A stretch of DNA of 64,000 nucleotides from Bacteroidota bacterium (lineage in GTDB: Bacteria > Bacteroidota > Bacteroidia > 2-12-FULL-35-15): positions 15,728-79,727 of the forward strand of contig JBQTHQ010000076.1 in assembly GCA_052389695.1 (NCBI GenBank), read 5' to 3'. Positions 9,155 to 20,187 of the stretch are shown one piece after another. The position numbers were made by a program, and so were the translations under genes. The notes under the pieces were generated by a model that made no database searches, was not told the DNA's origin, and saw only the letters and a program-made list of their open reading frames with translations. Position 1 is the first letter of the stretch. The number at the start of each line of letters is the position of its first letter.

Positions 9155-10207
9155 ATGAAATTGTTTATTAACGGCCGATTCCTGACCCAAAGAACATCGG
9201 GAGTTCAATCATTTGCCAGAGAAGTTTGCAGGGAATTGCTTAAAGAAATCGAGCTCGTTATATTAGTTCCTTCCAATACTACACTTTATGATAATGAATT
9301 TTCGGGCCATATAAAAAGAACAGGCTTTTTTAAGGGTCACCTATGGGAACAAATCAGCTTGCCGCTGTTTTTGCTCAATCAGACGGATGCTAAATTGTTG
9401 AACCTTTGTAATACAGGTCCTGTTATTGTTAAAAAACAAATTTGTACAATTCATGACCTTGCCTTCTTAAAAGATCCTAAATGGTTTAACCCCTTATTCA
9501 GCCTCGCGTACACATTTTTAATCCCGCGTTTAATCCGGGCAAGCCGAGGGGTATTAGCCGTTTCAGAAACCATTAAAAATGAATTGGTAAAAGAATATAA
9601 ACTATCGGAGAAAAAAATTACTGTTGTCGGAAATAAAGTCGCGCAGGACATTATAGACGCAAAACCGATTGGCCCATTTGATGATCGAATACTCCCAAAG
9701 GAGTATTTTTTGGTAGTGGGCTCCGACAACCCAAGGAAAAATTTATCTTTCGTTAAACACATTTTTGCTGAAGGCGCTATCGGAAAAAAACTGGTCGTGG
9801 CCGGAGGCGGCCATCGTTCATTTAGTAACAATGAGCGTATAGATTTTGATTCTGACACTATCATTGCTCTTGATTACATTGACAATGAAAAGCTGGTTTG
9901 GCTTTATAAAAATGCTATTGGTTTGATCAGCCCTTCTTTTTATGAAGGGTTTGGAATTCCTAATATAGAGGCTATGATGTTTGAGTGTCCGCTGGTATGC
10001 TCTGATATTCCTGTGTTCAGAGAAGTTTGCCAGGAAGCCGCTTTTTATTTCAAACTTAATGATGCGGAATCATTGAAAAATTGTTTAATACAGGATATGG
10101 AAAACAAGGCCCGGGTAGAAGAAAATAAAGCGGCCGGAAGAAAAATTGTTGAAAAATTTCAGAGTGCCCAAAGAGGGCAAATAATACTAAATATGCTGTC
10201 AGCATGA
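9155..10207 (+). CDS. glycosyltransferase family 4 (GT-B, group 1)
   Basis: C-terminal E-x7-E region SPSFYEGFGIPNIEAMMFECPLVCSDIP. Confidence 0.8.
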   Translation: MKLFINGRFLTQRTSGVQSFAREVCRELLKEIELVILVPSNTTLYDNEFSGHIKRTGFFKGHLWEQISLPLFLLNQTDAKLLNLCNTGPVIVKKQICTIHDLAFLKDPKWFNPLFSLAYTFLIPRLIRASRGVLAVSETIKNELVKEYKLSEKKITVVGNKVAQDIIDAKPIGPFDDRILPKEYFLVVGSDNPRKNLSFVKHIFAEGAIGKKLVVAGGGHRSFSNNERIDFDSDTIIALDYIDNEKLVWLYKNAIGLISPSFYEGFGIPNIEAMMFECPLVCSDIPVFREVCQEAAFYFKLNDAESLKNCLIQDMENKARVEENKAAGRKIVEKFQSAQRGQIILNMLSA

Positions 10208-11310
10208 AAGTAGCATTGGTACAGGATTGGTTTGTGGTGAATGGAGGCGCGGAGAAAGTTGTGCGTGAAATAATCAATTTATTTCCTGATTGCAATGTTT
10301 TTTCGCTGGTTGATTTTTTAGATGATGAGGAAAGAGAAGCCATTTTAAAAGGAAAAAAAACCACCACTTCTTTTTTGCAGCATCTGCCTTTTGCGAAAAA
10401 CGGTTACAGGAATTATTTGCCTTTCTTTCCTAAAGCAATAGAAAGTTTTGACTTTAGCGGGTATGATCTGATCATATCTTCCTCTTATGCTGTAGCGAAA
10501 GGAATTAAAAAAAGCAAGGGGCAGGTGCATATATGTTATTGTCATTCTCCTATGCGTTACGCCTGGGACCTTGAAAAAGAATACCTTTCAGATCTATCAC
10601 CAATAAAACAATTGCTGGCCAAGTGGACTTTAAAATACATTAGAAAATGGGATGTAAAAACTTCCGAAAGAGTGGATTTGTTTATTGCCAATTCAAAAAA
10701 TGTAGCGGAAAGAATTAAACGTATTTATGGCAGGGATTCCGTGGTGCTTTACCCTCCTGTTGATACTTCAGGCTTTAGCGCGGTACAAAAAAAAGACGAT
10801 TATTATTTTACTTCTGCCCGCATGGTCCCTTATAAAAAATTAGACCTGATAATAGATACTTTTAATGAACTTCCTGAACTAAAGCTTATTGTTTCAGGCG
10901 ATGGGCCGGAACTAAAAAAATTAAAGACCATGGGAAAAAAGAATATTGAATTCACCGGCTTTGTTAAAAAAAATGAACTGGTTACTTATATGCAAAAAGC
11001 CAAAGCTTTTATTTTAGCTGCTGATGAAGACTTTGGAATTACCAGCGTGGAAGCTCAAAGTTGCTGTACACCTGTTATCGCTTACAAAAAAGGCGGATAT
11101 TTGGAAACGGTAGTCGATGGACGCACGGGTGTATTTTTTGAAGAACAAAATGTGGAAAATCTTAAGAAGGCTGTTTTGAAATTGGAAGGAATGGAGCAGC
11201 CATTTAACAAAGCGGATTTTCTTTCACATGTTAAAACGTTTTCTGTAGAACAATTCCAAAATGGATTTAAAAAAATTATAGACGATCATGTTAAAAGAAA
11301 GAATTCTTAA
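10204..11310 (+). CDS. glycosyltransferase family 4 (GT-B, group 1)
   Basis: ILAADEDFGITSVEAQSCCTPVIAYKKGGYLETVVDGRTG; overlaps upstream GT4 stop by 4 bp. Confidence 0.8.
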   Translation: MKVALVQDWFVVNGGAEKVVREIINLFPDCNVFSLVDFLDDEEREAILKGKKTTTSFLQHLPFAKNGYRNYLPFFPKAIESFDFSGYDLIISSSYAVAKGIKKSKGQVHICYCHSPMRYAWDLEKEYLSDLSPIKQLLAKWTLKYIRKWDVKTSERVDLFIANSKNVAERIKRIYGRDSVVLYPPVDTSGFSAVQKKDDYYFTSARMVPYKKLDLIIDTFNELPELKLIVSGDGPELKKLKTMGKKNIEFTGFVKKNELVTYMQKAKAFILAADEDFGITSVEAQSCCTPVIAYKKGGYLETVVDGRTGVFFEEQNVENLKKAVLKLEGMEQPFNKADFLSHVKTFSVEQFQNGFKKIIDDHVKRKNS

Positions 11311-12583
11311 AATTCATTTTTTTATTCTTTGTGTTCTTTCCTGTTTCCCTTTATTCCAAATGAAGGTGACAGCGCTATTAATTACAGTGTTTGGAGTGTT
11401 AAGTTTATTTATAGGAATAGCAGAATACAAGAAGATAGAATATCGTTTTTTGAAGGAATTGATTCTTTGCATGCTGCCATTTTTACTTATTTTAGGCTGG
11501 ACAGTATGTTGGGATCGCTCTCCGGAGGCTTACTCCTATTCACAAAAATCGATGAGTTTATTTGTATTTCCTCTTGCTTTTTTTATGCTGCCGGTTCAGT
11601 ATTCATTCAAGCAAAAAAATATATTACACGGATTATTTATTTTCTCCACTTTAACAAAAGCGCTGTATGGATTTATTGGAGTAATTCGCGATTTAACACC
11701 ACATATTGGTCCTGCCGCATATTGGAAAACAAGTACAGAGATGTTTAATGATCTTTCTTTTGCTTTTCATGTCCGCACGTTTTTTGAAGCCAGGACACAT
11801 GTTCATCCCACCTATATGAATATTTTTCTGGGTGTGGCATTTTTGTTAACACTGGATTATTTTCTAAAAAATTATTTGTTATTGTCAGGCAGAAAGAAAG
11901 TTTTGTTTTCGCTTACTTTATTTTTGATCCTGATCTTTCAGGTAATTTTAGCCGCCCGCACCCCCTTTGTTGCTACACTCATCGCTGCTTTTGTTTTATT
12001 TTTTATGCGCGAGAAAAAGAAAATTTATGTTTTATGGGCAGGCGTGGCTGTTGTGGCGCTAACCGCCATCCTGATTATGATAGTTCCTTCCTTTTCGGCG
12101 CGGCTCAAAGAAATTTCGGTTAAAAATATGATCTTGCCTACTGCAGAAAATAATGACTCTTTTAATATTCGCACCGGGATTTATAAATGCGGATTGGATC
12201 TCGTGAAAGATAATTGGCTTTATGGTGTGGGCCCCGGCAATGTTCAGAAACAACTTAATGGCTGTTATGGCAGTTTTTCAAAGGAGGTATATGATGGAAA
12301 GAACTATAATACACACAATCAATTCCTGGATTACTGGGCTGGAATGGGAATACTCGCTCCCTTGTCACTGCTATTGCTCTTATTTTATGTGTCCTATACT
12401 AATTTTAAAACAGGTAATTTTCTTCCGGCAGGATTATGTGTTTTATTTTTTGTAGCAATGCAAACAGAGAATGTTTTAACCAGGCAAAATGGGATAGTTG
12501 TATTTTCTTTTTTTTTAAGTTTGTATTGTTTCTGTCATAGTAATAAAACAGGGATAGAGTTTCTACCGATAAATAAAAAGTAA
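11288..12583 (+). CDS. O-antigen ligase/polymerase family (Wzy_C domain) membrane protein
   Basis: Multi-TM; NTHNQFLDYWAGMGILA resembles the Wzy_C/WaaL HN-x2-L-x4-E/A-x-G motif in a periplasmic loop; true start may be the internal M at 11360. Confidence 0.6.
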   Translation: MLKERILKIHFFILCVLSCFPLFQMKVTALLITVFGVLSLFIGIAEYKKIEYRFLKELILCMLPFLLILGWTVCWDRSPEAYSYSQKSMSLFVFPLAFFMLPVQYSFKQKNILHGLFIFSTLTKALYGFIGVIRDLTPHIGPAAYWKTSTEMFNDLSFAFHVRTFFEARTHVHPTYMNIFLGVAFLLTLDYFLKNYLLLSGRKKVLFSLTLFLILIFQVILAARTPFVATLIAAFVLFFMREKKKIYVLWAGVAVVALTAILIMIVPSFSARLKEISVKNMILPTAENNDSFNIRTGIYKCGLDLVKDNWLYGVGPGNVQKQLNGCYGSFSKEVYDGKNYNTHNQFLDYWAGMGILAPLSLLLLLFYVSYTNFKTGNFLPAGLCVLFFVAMQTENVLTRQNGIVVFSFFLSLYCFCHSNKTGIEFLPINKK

Positions 12584-12584
12584 A

Positions 12585-13937
12585 TTGACACGATATTCCA
12601 GGTATATTAAAGTATTCAGTATTATCAGTGACCTGGTATTACTGAATGTCTGTTTCATAACCGTTTTTTACTATAAGACGCATGGATTTAATGATCCTTT
12701 TACTTCCATGTTTTTTTACATCAATTTCGCCTGGGTATTTTTGATCGGGACATTGAACCCTTATAGGATTTCGCGAACATCTACCTTTTTTAATATTCTG
12801 AAGTCTGCCACTATCGTTATTGCGGGCCATATGCTTTTGGTTTTTGCATATTACGTATTTCAGCAAGAACACCGGTATTCCAGGGAATTATTACTGGTAA
12901 TGTACTCTTGTTTACTTATACTAAGCCTGATACTTAAAAGTATTTTTTTTCAGGCAATTAAAGTGGCAAGAAAAAAAGGATTTAATTACAGAAATATTAT
13001 TATTTATACTGCCGGTGGAAATTCCGGGGAATTGCAAACGCATTTAAATTCTCATCCTGAATACGGTTATCATATTAAAAAGGTATTTGATGTTGATCCT
13101 GCCGCAAAAAATAATTTCCATGAGGAGATGAGGGAATATTGCATTGCGAATGATATACATGAAATTTTTTATTCCATGTCGGTCATTAAAGACGATCACA
13201 TACTGGATCTTATGAATTTTGCGGAAGAAAATCTGATCAGGATACGATTGGTTGCTGATTTCAAAGGCATGGGCCTAAACGATCTTGAAATTGAAAACTT
13301 CGGTTACCTGCCGGTGATAAAAATACTTACCACTCCTTTGGATGATTGGGATAAACAATTGCTCAAAAGATTGTTCGACCTCTTGTTTTCTTTATCTGTT
13401 ATAGTACTTATTTTGAGTTGGCTATTACCAATACTCGCAATCCTAATTAAAATAACTTCCAAAGGACCTGTATTTTTTAAGCAACAAAGAACAGGAAGGG
13501 ACAATCGTCCCTTTTGGTGTTATAAACTGAGAACGATGTATCAGAATGGAGAAAGTGATACACTCCAGGCTACAAAAAATGATGTGCGGATAACAACGGT
13601 GGGCAAATTTTTAAGGAACACCAGTTTGGATGAATTGCCGCAATTCTTTAATGTTTTCTTAGGAAACATGTCGGTTGTAGGGCCGCGGCCTCACATGCTA
13701 AAACACACGCTTGACTTTTCGGCTGAGTTGGAGCGATTTATGGTTAGGCACCAGATAAAACCGGGGATCACCGGTCTTGCTCAATCAAAAGGGTATCGAG
13801 GGGAGACCAGCGAATTCGAACAAAAGAAAAATCGTGTCAAACTTGACTTATTTTATGTGAAGCATTGGTCTTTTTCATTGGACATCCAGATCATCTTTAA
13901 TACTATTTTTTCATTATCCAAATCCAACCAGCGATAG
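12585..13937 (+). CDS. undecaprenyl-phosphate sugar phosphotransferase (WbaP/WcaJ-type initiating enzyme)
   Basis: N-terminal TM block, then C-terminal bacterial sugar transferase domain KGPVFFKQQRTGRDNRPFWCYKLRTM...DELPQFFNVFLGNMSVVGPRPH. Confidence 0.85.
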   Translation: MTRYSRYIKVFSIISDLVLLNVCFITVFYYKTHGFNDPFTSMFFYINFAWVFLIGTLNPYRISRTSTFFNILKSATIVIAGHMLLVFAYYVFQQEHRYSRELLLVMYSCLLILSLILKSIFFQAIKVARKKGFNYRNIIIYTAGGNSGELQTHLNSHPEYGYHIKKVFDVDPAAKNNFHEEMREYCIANDIHEIFYSMSVIKDDHILDLMNFAEENLIRIRLVADFKGMGLNDLEIENFGYLPVIKILTTPLDDWDKQLLKRLFDLLFSLSVIVLILSWLLPILAILIKITSKGPVFFKQQRTGRDNRPFWCYKLRTMYQNGESDTLQATKNDVRITTVGKFLRNTSLDELPQFFNVFLGNMSVVGPRPHMLKHTLDFSAELERFMVRHQIKPGITGLAQSKGYRGETSEFEQKKNRVKLDLFYVKHWSFSLDIQIIFNTIFSLSKSNQR

Positions 13938-14026
13938 GAGTTTTAGTTTAACTTTTGAAGCTGCTCATCCAACTTCTTATATCTTATGTAAGATAAAGTA
14001 AATTACTCTGAATTATTGCTAATTTT

Positions 14027-14818
14027 GTGGCTTATCAGAATAATGAAATGACTCAATTCAACTCTGTTTCAAAATTTTGGGGGTTAATTAAAGCCTTGGC
14101 ATTAAAGATTATTAAGCTGCGTTATAAAAATTCCATTTTAGGATTTTTATGGAGCATGATGAATCCCTTAATTTATCTTGTCATTTTTATCCTGGTATTC
14201 AGCCATGCTTTTCCCGGAATTGACAGGTATCCGCTTTATGCCTTAACCGGATTGATATTATGGACCTTTTTTTCTTCCAGCACTATACAGGTTATTGAAT
14301 CGATCATTTATAACTCAGGTGTTTTAAAATCTATCAATGTTCCAACAATTGCATTTCCTTTAGCTGCACAACTGGCATCATTGATCAATTTATTTTTGTC
14401 TCTAATACCCTTTGTTCTTTTAATGTTTCTGTTCGGTTTAAAAATCGGATGGGAAACTTTATTATTTTTTCCAATTCTGCTACTCTACACTTGTTTTACA
14501 TTCGGCACATCATTGATATTAAGTTCATTTAACGTTTACTTCCGGGATATGCAATTTGCCTGGTCATCCTTTATGCCGGCTATTTTTTATTCAGCTCCTA
14601 TTGCATATACAACGGGGTTAATTCCGGATAAATATTTGTGGATCATTAAATTAAATCCGCTTTATCATTACATTGGAGCAGTACGAGATGTGCTTTACAA
14701 CAATGCTGTTCCTTCCCTCAATCACTTTATAGCTATTACCATACTTGGATTAATACCTCTTGGTATTGGGTTGTTCATATTCAAAAAATTAGAGCGGGGG
14801 TTCGTATCTCAGTATTAA
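14027..14818 (+). CDS. wzm: ABC-2 type polysaccharide exporter permease (Wzm-like)
   Basis: 6-TM ABC-2 architecture, directly followed by ATPase gene with 2-bp gap. Confidence 0.8.
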   Translation: MAYQNNEMTQFNSVSKFWGLIKALALKIIKLRYKNSILGFLWSMMNPLIYLVIFILVFSHAFPGIDRYPLYALTGLILWTFFSSSTIQVIESIIYNSGVLKSINVPTIAFPLAAQLASLINLFLSLIPFVLLMFLFGLKIGWETLLFFPILLLYTCFTFGTSLILSSFNVYFRDMQFAWSSFMPAIFYSAPIAYTTGLIPDKYLWIIKLNPLYHYIGAVRDVLYNNAVPSLNHFIAITILGLIPLGIGLFIFKKLERGFVSQY

Positions 14819-14820
14819 AA

Positions 14821-15588
14821 ATGGAGTCAATCGAAAATAAAGAAAAGATCATTGAAGTAAAAAATTTATCGGTAAATTTTTTTATTCAGCGGCACGGTAT
14901 TAACAATATTAAAGACTTCATTCTTACTATGGGTGTAAAAAGCCCTTTTGAGAAAAAAAATGTTTTAAAAGAGCTTGATCTGACCATATACAAAGGTGAA
15001 TGTTTTGGAGTAATGGGTAAAAATGGATCGGGTAAAACCACCCTGCTTAGAACAATTGCAGGCATTATGAAACCCGATGAAGGTGAATTAAAGGTGAAAG
15101 GCAGGGTAGCCCCTTTAATGGCACTGGGGGTTGGGCTTGAACCGGAATTGTCGGGATATGAAAACATAAAACTTGTAGGAATACTGATGGGTTATTCAGA
15201 TAAAGAATTAAAAAAGGCCATTCCTGCGATTATTGATTTTTCTGAGCTTACGCGCGATGAGATCAATATGCAAACCAAACGGTATTCGTCCGGGATGTTA
15301 TCACGACTTGCATTTTCTATTGCCGTAGCAACCAACCCTGATATACTGATCATTGATGAAGCATTAGCTGTGGGCGATATGGGTTTCAGGAATAAATGCG
15401 CTAAGCGAATTGATGAAATAAAAAATGCAGGCAGCACCATCATTTATGTTTCACATCACCTGGATGAAATTAAAAAAATCTGTACCCGTGCCTGCTTTAT
15501 AGATGGCGGTAAAGTTGCTAAAATTGGCAGCGTTGATGAAATATGCGATTATTATGAAAAAAGTATGATAAAAAATGGCGAGAAATGA
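14821..15588 (+). CDS. wzt: polysaccharide ABC exporter ATP-binding protein (Wzt-like, short form without C-terminal glycan-binding domain)
   Basis: Walker A GKNGSGKTT, signature YSSGMLSRLAFS, Walker B ILIIDEALAVGD. Confidence 0.85.
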   Translation: MESIENKEKIIEVKNLSVNFFIQRHGINNIKDFILTMGVKSPFEKKNVLKELDLTIYKGECFGVMGKNGSGKTTLLRTIAGIMKPDEGELKVKGRVAPLMALGVGLEPELSGYENIKLVGILMGYSDKELKKAIPAIIDFSELTRDEINMQTKRYSSGMLSRLAFSIAVATNPDILIIDEALAVGDMGFRNKCAKRIDEIKNAGSTIIYVSHHLDEIKKICTRACFIDGGKVAKIGSVDEICDYYEKSMIKNGEK

Positions 15589-17453
15589 AGGGCAAGATTA
15601 AACGCATACAAATAGCGCTGTATCATTTTTTAGGCAACGATAAGTTCAGCTTTCACCGGTTATTTATTGTTTTAAAATCAAAAAGAGGACAAAAAAAACT
15701 TTGGTCATTTGCCTGGAGAACCTTAAAATTTATTTTTGGTATTAAATCAACGGAAACTAAAAGTTATGAGATCTGGTTTGACAGGCACTACCCAAAAGCC
15801 GAACAGCTTGAACAATACAGAAAAGAACTTGAGTCTTTCGAATTTAAACCAACCATAAGCATTATTTTACCTGTTTACAATCCTCCGATTGTGTTTTTTA
15901 AAAAGGCGATAGACTCTGTAAAACAGCAGGTTTACCCGCACTGGGAATTATGTATCTCTGATGACCTTTCTCCGGCCGAAGAAATCCGGGATCTGATCAA
16001 GGAATATGCCACTAATGATAAAAGAATCAAATATTTTTTCAGGAAAACAAATGGACATATTTCTGAGAACTCCAATTCAGCACTGGAGCTTGCAACAGGT
16101 GAATACATTTCATTGCTCGACCATGATGATGTTCTTTCTCCGGATGCGCTATTTCAGAATGTTAAAGCCTTAAACGCGGATAAGACTATTGATATGCTTT
16201 ATTCTGATGAAGACAAGATCGATTCAAAAGGGAATCACCTGAGTCCACATTTTAAGCAGGATTGGTGCCCGGATAGTTTTTTATCCAGAAATTATATTTG
16301 TCATTTTTCCGTGTTTAAAAAAGAAATCATTAAAGAGGTGGGTGGCTTTAGAACAGGATTTGAAGGTAGCCAGGATTATGACTTACTGCTGCGCATCACC
16401 GAAAAAGCAAAAAATATCCATCACATCCCTAAAATATTATATCACTGGAGATTACATCTCGATTCAACATCATTAAGTACCAATGCGAAACCATATGCAT
16501 ACCTCGCAGGGGTTAAAGCCATTCAGGAAGCTTTAGAAAGACGTGGAATAAAAGGCCATGCTTCATTGATCGAAAATTCGCCCGGCTTTTATAGAATACG
16601 TTATGAAATTTTTAACCGGGGAAAAGTAAGCATCATTATTCCCTCCAAAAACAAAGCTGATCTTTGCGAAGTAATTATTAGCTCTGTTTTTAAACTGACG
16701 GATTATCCTGATTATGAAATTATTCTGGTCAATAATAACAGTTCGGAGCAATCCTTTTTTGATATGGTAAAAAAATGGGAAAAACTTCATCCTGAGCGTT
16801 TTCGCTGTATAACTGATAATGGAGATTTTAATTTTTCACGTTTAATGAATACAGGCGCAAAAAATGCAAAAGGTGAATATTTACTTTTGCTGAACAATGA
16901 TACAAAAGTGATTCATTCCGATTGGATGACCGCCATGGTTGAACAGGCGCAATTTAAAAAAACAGGAGCAGTTGGAGCTCGCTTATTATATTCCAACAAT
17001 ACGATACAACATGCAGGTGTAATTATTGGCTTAGGCGGAATTGCAGAGCATCATCACGTTCGTTTTGATAACGACGAGGCCGGCTACTATAATTTTTTAG
17101 TTACTACAACTAATTATTCCGCTGTTACAGCAGCCTGCCTTATGGTTCGGAAAGATGTTTTCATAGAATCAGAGGGATTTGATGAGCAGCTCGCTATTGA
17201 ATTCAACGATGTGGACTTTTGTCTTAAATTAAAAAACAAAGGATATGATAACATCTGTTTGCCTCATGTATCATTGTATCATTATGAGTCGATTTCCAGG
17301 GGGCATCCGCACAAAACCAAAAAATCATACGAACGGCATATCCGGGATTCCTTCTTATTTAAATCCCGCTGGCAAAAATACATTGATCATGATCCTTGCT
17401 ATAGCCCACATTTTTCAAGAGCATTTTATTACAGGCTAAATGTTAATGATTAA
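15585..17453 (+). CDS. dual-domain glycosyltransferase family 2 (two GT-A modules), likely chain-polymerising enzyme of the ABC-dependent pathway
   Basis: Two GT2 modules: ISIILPVYNPP...DHDD and VSIIIPSKNKADL...LLLNND; ATGA overlap with wzt. Confidence 0.8.
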   Translation: MKGKIKRIQIALYHFLGNDKFSFHRLFIVLKSKRGQKKLWSFAWRTLKFIFGIKSTETKSYEIWFDRHYPKAEQLEQYRKELESFEFKPTISIILPVYNPPIVFFKKAIDSVKQQVYPHWELCISDDLSPAEEIRDLIKEYATNDKRIKYFFRKTNGHISENSNSALELATGEYISLLDHDDVLSPDALFQNVKALNADKTIDMLYSDEDKIDSKGNHLSPHFKQDWCPDSFLSRNYICHFSVFKKEIIKEVGGFRTGFEGSQDYDLLLRITEKAKNIHHIPKILYHWRLHLDSTSLSTNAKPYAYLAGVKAIQEALERRGIKGHASLIENSPGFYRIRYEIFNRGKVSIIIPSKNKADLCEVIISSVFKLTDYPDYEIILVNNNSSEQSFFDMVKKWEKLHPERFRCITDNGDFNFSRLMNTGAKNAKGEYLLLLNNDTKVIHSDWMTAMVEQAQFKKTGAVGARLLYSNNTIQHAGVIIGLGGIAEHHHVRFDNDEAGYYNFLVTTTNYSAVTAACLMVRKDVFIESEGFDEQLAIEFNDVDFCLKLKNKGYDNICLPHVSLYHYESISRGHPHKTKKSYERHIRDSFLFKSRWQKYIDHDPCYSPHFSRAFYYRLNVND

Positions 17454-18760
17454 TTCAAGTTTAAGTAACTGTATTCGGGAAAATTCTTCTTCAAAAAAGC
17501 GGTGTCGTTTTTAATATCCGGAGACAACTCAAGACTTTTCAAAATATATTGCTCCAGCATTTCATGTATTACAATATCAGGCTTTTCAGTTGCAGCCGCA
17601 ATAGCCGGTATTGTTGAATTCCAATAATATATAGATTTATCAAAGCTTGCCGTAAAATACAATTTCAAATGTTCTGTAAAACTATCCCTTATCATAAATA
17701 ATTTTAATCGGTTAACGCTTTGCGGCATTGATCCCCTGCTGTAACTGCCTGTAAGGTTATTAATTTTACCTGTGTCGGAAATAATCGGTGTGATTGGTCT
17801 TTTCAATTTCAATGAATACGCAGGCGTAGTTATTACATTCGTAAAGCCCAACATAAATTGAAGATCACCGGAAGACATTGTGCTTGAATCTATTTTAAAG
17901 TCAGATATCTCCAACGGTATTATTTGTGGAAAATCCTGCCGCACCCGTTCAATAATCTTCCTGTAACCTAAAAATGCCCCGTATTCATTCCAGTGAGTAT
18001 CTGTTTTATAATAAACGGGGCGAATTTTTTTGCCTTTTATCAATTCCTGGGTACAATCGATTATACGAATAGTTGTATCGTTTTCCAGATAATTCAACAG
18101 CTGAATATAATTTGCATGCCGCATTCGAAGTCTTAATTGATCCGGCATCATTTCAGGGTACACCCTGGACTTATAGGGAATAATAGTAAAATAATATTTA
18201 ATATTTCGCTGATCAAACCATTTAGTAGTAATATGCAAATTCATTTTTATTTGTTTCAATTGTTGTTCTGTAAGTGGATCACAGGTGTCCATGATCGTAG
18301 GCGGTTTTGTATTAAACAGCCAATTATCTTTTCCAAGTGTTACAATATTGGGTACCGGCGAAAAAGCAAATACAATGTATTTGAATTTACTGATTAAGCT
18401 GACCGAAACATTCCGGTAAGCAAAACGATCGCTGAAATAATCTGTAAAATCAAAGAAAAAAGCCCAAACATTGTCAATTCTCATACTCGGAAAATCAGCT
18501 AGCTCCCTTTTTTCAAGACTTGCTTTTTCTTTCTTGCCGATGAGCGGAATAATAATAATAATTAGAAAAGAAAATATGAGAATCGACTCATTAAGCGCTA
18601 GCTTATAAATATGATTACGAAGCATGAACACTAACAGTATCGCTGTTAAAGCAGATCCGGCAACAAGCATAGTAATATTTGTGATAATGTTTTCGAGCAG
18701 GGCAAACGATAGAATTGCCAGCAGAATAAATAAAACAAAACACTTCAAAAATTTTATCAT
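17450..18760 (-). CDS. AlgJ/AlgX-like SGNH-type polysaccharide O-acetylation protein (partner of adjacent MBOAT)
   Basis: N-terminal TM anchor; YYKTDTHWNEYGAF contains the D-x-H-W signature of AlgJ/AlgX-family acetyltransferases; start overlaps MBOAT stop. Confidence 0.6.
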   Translation of the reverse strand: MIKFLKCFVLFILLAILSFALLENIITNITMLVAGSALTAILLVFMLRNHIYKLALNESILIFSFLIIIIIPLIGKKEKASLEKRELADFPSMRIDNVWAFFFDFTDYFSDRFAYRNVSVSLISKFKYIVFAFSPVPNIVTLGKDNWLFNTKPPTIMDTCDPLTEQQLKQIKMNLHITTKWFDQRNIKYYFTIIPYKSRVYPEMMPDQLRLRMRHANYIQLLNYLENDTTIRIIDCTQELIKGKKIRPVYYKTDTHWNEYGAFLGYRKIIERVRQDFPQIIPLEISDFKIDSSTMSSGDLQFMLGFTNVITTPAYSLKLKRPITPIISDTGKINNLTGSYSRGSMPQSVNRLKLFMIRDSFTEHLKLYFTASFDKSIYYWNSTIPAIAAATEKPDIVIHEMLEQYILKSLELSPDIKNDTAFLKKNFPEYSYLNLN

Positions 18761-20187
18761 TAAAATCTAAAATAAATAAATGGATTATAGGTTCCTGATA
18801 TTACATTGAGTGATGTATAAATGAATATCACAACCAAGGCTAATGATTTTATGGTACGAAATATTTTAATAGTGTGAATTGAATCCGCTATTTTATATGA
18901 CGTTTGCACCATTTTTTTTAATGCCCAGCTAAGTCCGTTCACCGATAAAATAATACCAAGTACCAGGGCAAAAATATTTTCACGATTCAGGAACATGTCC
19001 AAAGTATAAATGCTTCCGCTATTTGTACTAAAAAGAGAGCTCAGAAACACAGTCGCTTTATCAAACGTTTCTACCCTGAAAAATATCCAGGCAATAACAA
19101 CAATCAGCAGCGTGTATATATGCTGCAGGAACCCAAGTTTCCTTAATATCTTATCAAACCCTAAGCGCTCAATGATCATAAAAAATCCGTGTATCAGTCC
19201 CCAGATAACAAAATTCCAGCTCGGCCCGTGCCACAGCCCTGTTAAAAGAAAAACAATAAAGAGGTTAAAATACACTCTTCTTTCGCTAACCCTGTTTCCT
19301 CCCAAAGGGATGTAAAGGTAATCCCTGAACCAGTTTGACAGGGATATGTGCCACCGTTGCCAGAATTCACGAATCGATTTCGCTTTATAAGGAAAATTAA
19401 AGTTCTCCAGAAAATCAAAGCCCAGCATTTTTGCCAAACCAATTGCCATATCAGAGTAACCCGAAAAATCAAAATATAATTGTAGTGTATAGCAAATGAT
19501 AGCAAACCAGGCTGTGGCAGTAGAAAGCTGGCTGCTATCCAGATTAAGTATCATATCCGCACTAAACCCAAGTGAGTTGGCGATCACCACTTTTTTGGCA
19601 AGGCCAATTATAAAACGCTGGATGCCCAGTTGAAACTGGGGGGTATTTAATACCCTTTTTGTAAATTGACTGGCAATATCCTTATAGCGAATGATCGGTC
19701 CGGCCACCAGTTGTGGAAACAAAGAAATGTAAAGAGCAAGGTCAACAAATGATTTCTGAACCTTATTTTCCTTTCTGTAAACATCAATCAGGTAAGAGAT
19801 GCTATGAAAAGTATAAAAGGATATCCCGACAGGCAGCCTTATTTTCTTGATCGAAATAGCATCAATATTGAACATCCCCAAAATCAGGTTCAGGTTTTCA
19901 ACTAAAAAGTTGCTATACTTATATATCACTAAAATAAGCAGGTTTAAGCCTACTCCAACAGCTACCGGTAAACGGGTTCCCTTTTTATCTATCCATTTTC
20001 CGAGGTAATAATTCATGATAATGGACAAGAGCATAACTATCACCTGTTCCCCTTCGCCAAAAATGTAAAAGAGAACGCTTAATATCAACAGGACTAAATT
20101 GCGGTAGCTGCTATTTCTGAAAAAATAAGTGAGCGCCAAGGTGATTGGCAGAAAAAAAAATAAAAATATGGGGGAGCTAAATACCAT
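18760..20187 (-). CDS. MBOAT family O-acyltransferase (AlgI/DltB-like) copy 1
   Basis: Multi-TM; WQRWHISLSNWFRDYLYIPLGGNR and LWHG conserved His region; C-terminal NPFIYFRF. Confidence 0.85.
   Translation of the reverse strand: MVFSSPIFLFFFLPITLALTYFFRNSSYRNLVLLILSVLFYIFGEGEQVIVMLLSIIMNYYLGKWIDKKGTRLPVAVGVGLNLLILVIYKYSNFLVENLNLILGMFNIDAISIKKIRLPVGISFYTFHSISYLIDVYRKENKVQKSFVDLALYISLFPQLVAGPIIRYKDIASQFTKRVLNTPQFQLGIQRFIIGLAKKVVIANSLGFSADMILNLDSSQLSTATAWFAIICYTLQLYFDFSGYSDMAIGLAKMLGFDFLENFNFPYKAKSIREFWQRWHISLSNWFRDYLYIPLGGNRVSERRVYFNLFIVFLLTGLWHGPSWNFVIWGLIHGFFMIIERLGFDKILRKLGFLQHIYTLLIVVIAWIFFRVETFDKATVFLSSLFSTNSGSIYTLDMFLNRENIFALVLGIILSVNGLSWALKKMVQTSYKIADSIHTIKIFRTIKSLALVVIFIYTSLNVISGTYNPFIYFRF

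Noticed and set aside
9451-10367. Antisense ORFs (137 aa, 103 aa) within the GT4 genes
   Set aside because: Opposite strand of well-supported glycosyltransferase ORFs; composition-driven.
11329-11748. 139-aa plus-strand ORF in a second frame of the Wzy_C-family gene
   Set aside because: Fully contained in a longer ORF with coherent membrane topology; alternative frame has no recognisable features.
13938-14026. Near-palindrome tatcttatgtaagata between the phosphotransferase and wzm
   Set aside because: Imperfect (one mismatch per arm), AT-only, and within expectation for AT-rich intergenic DNA.
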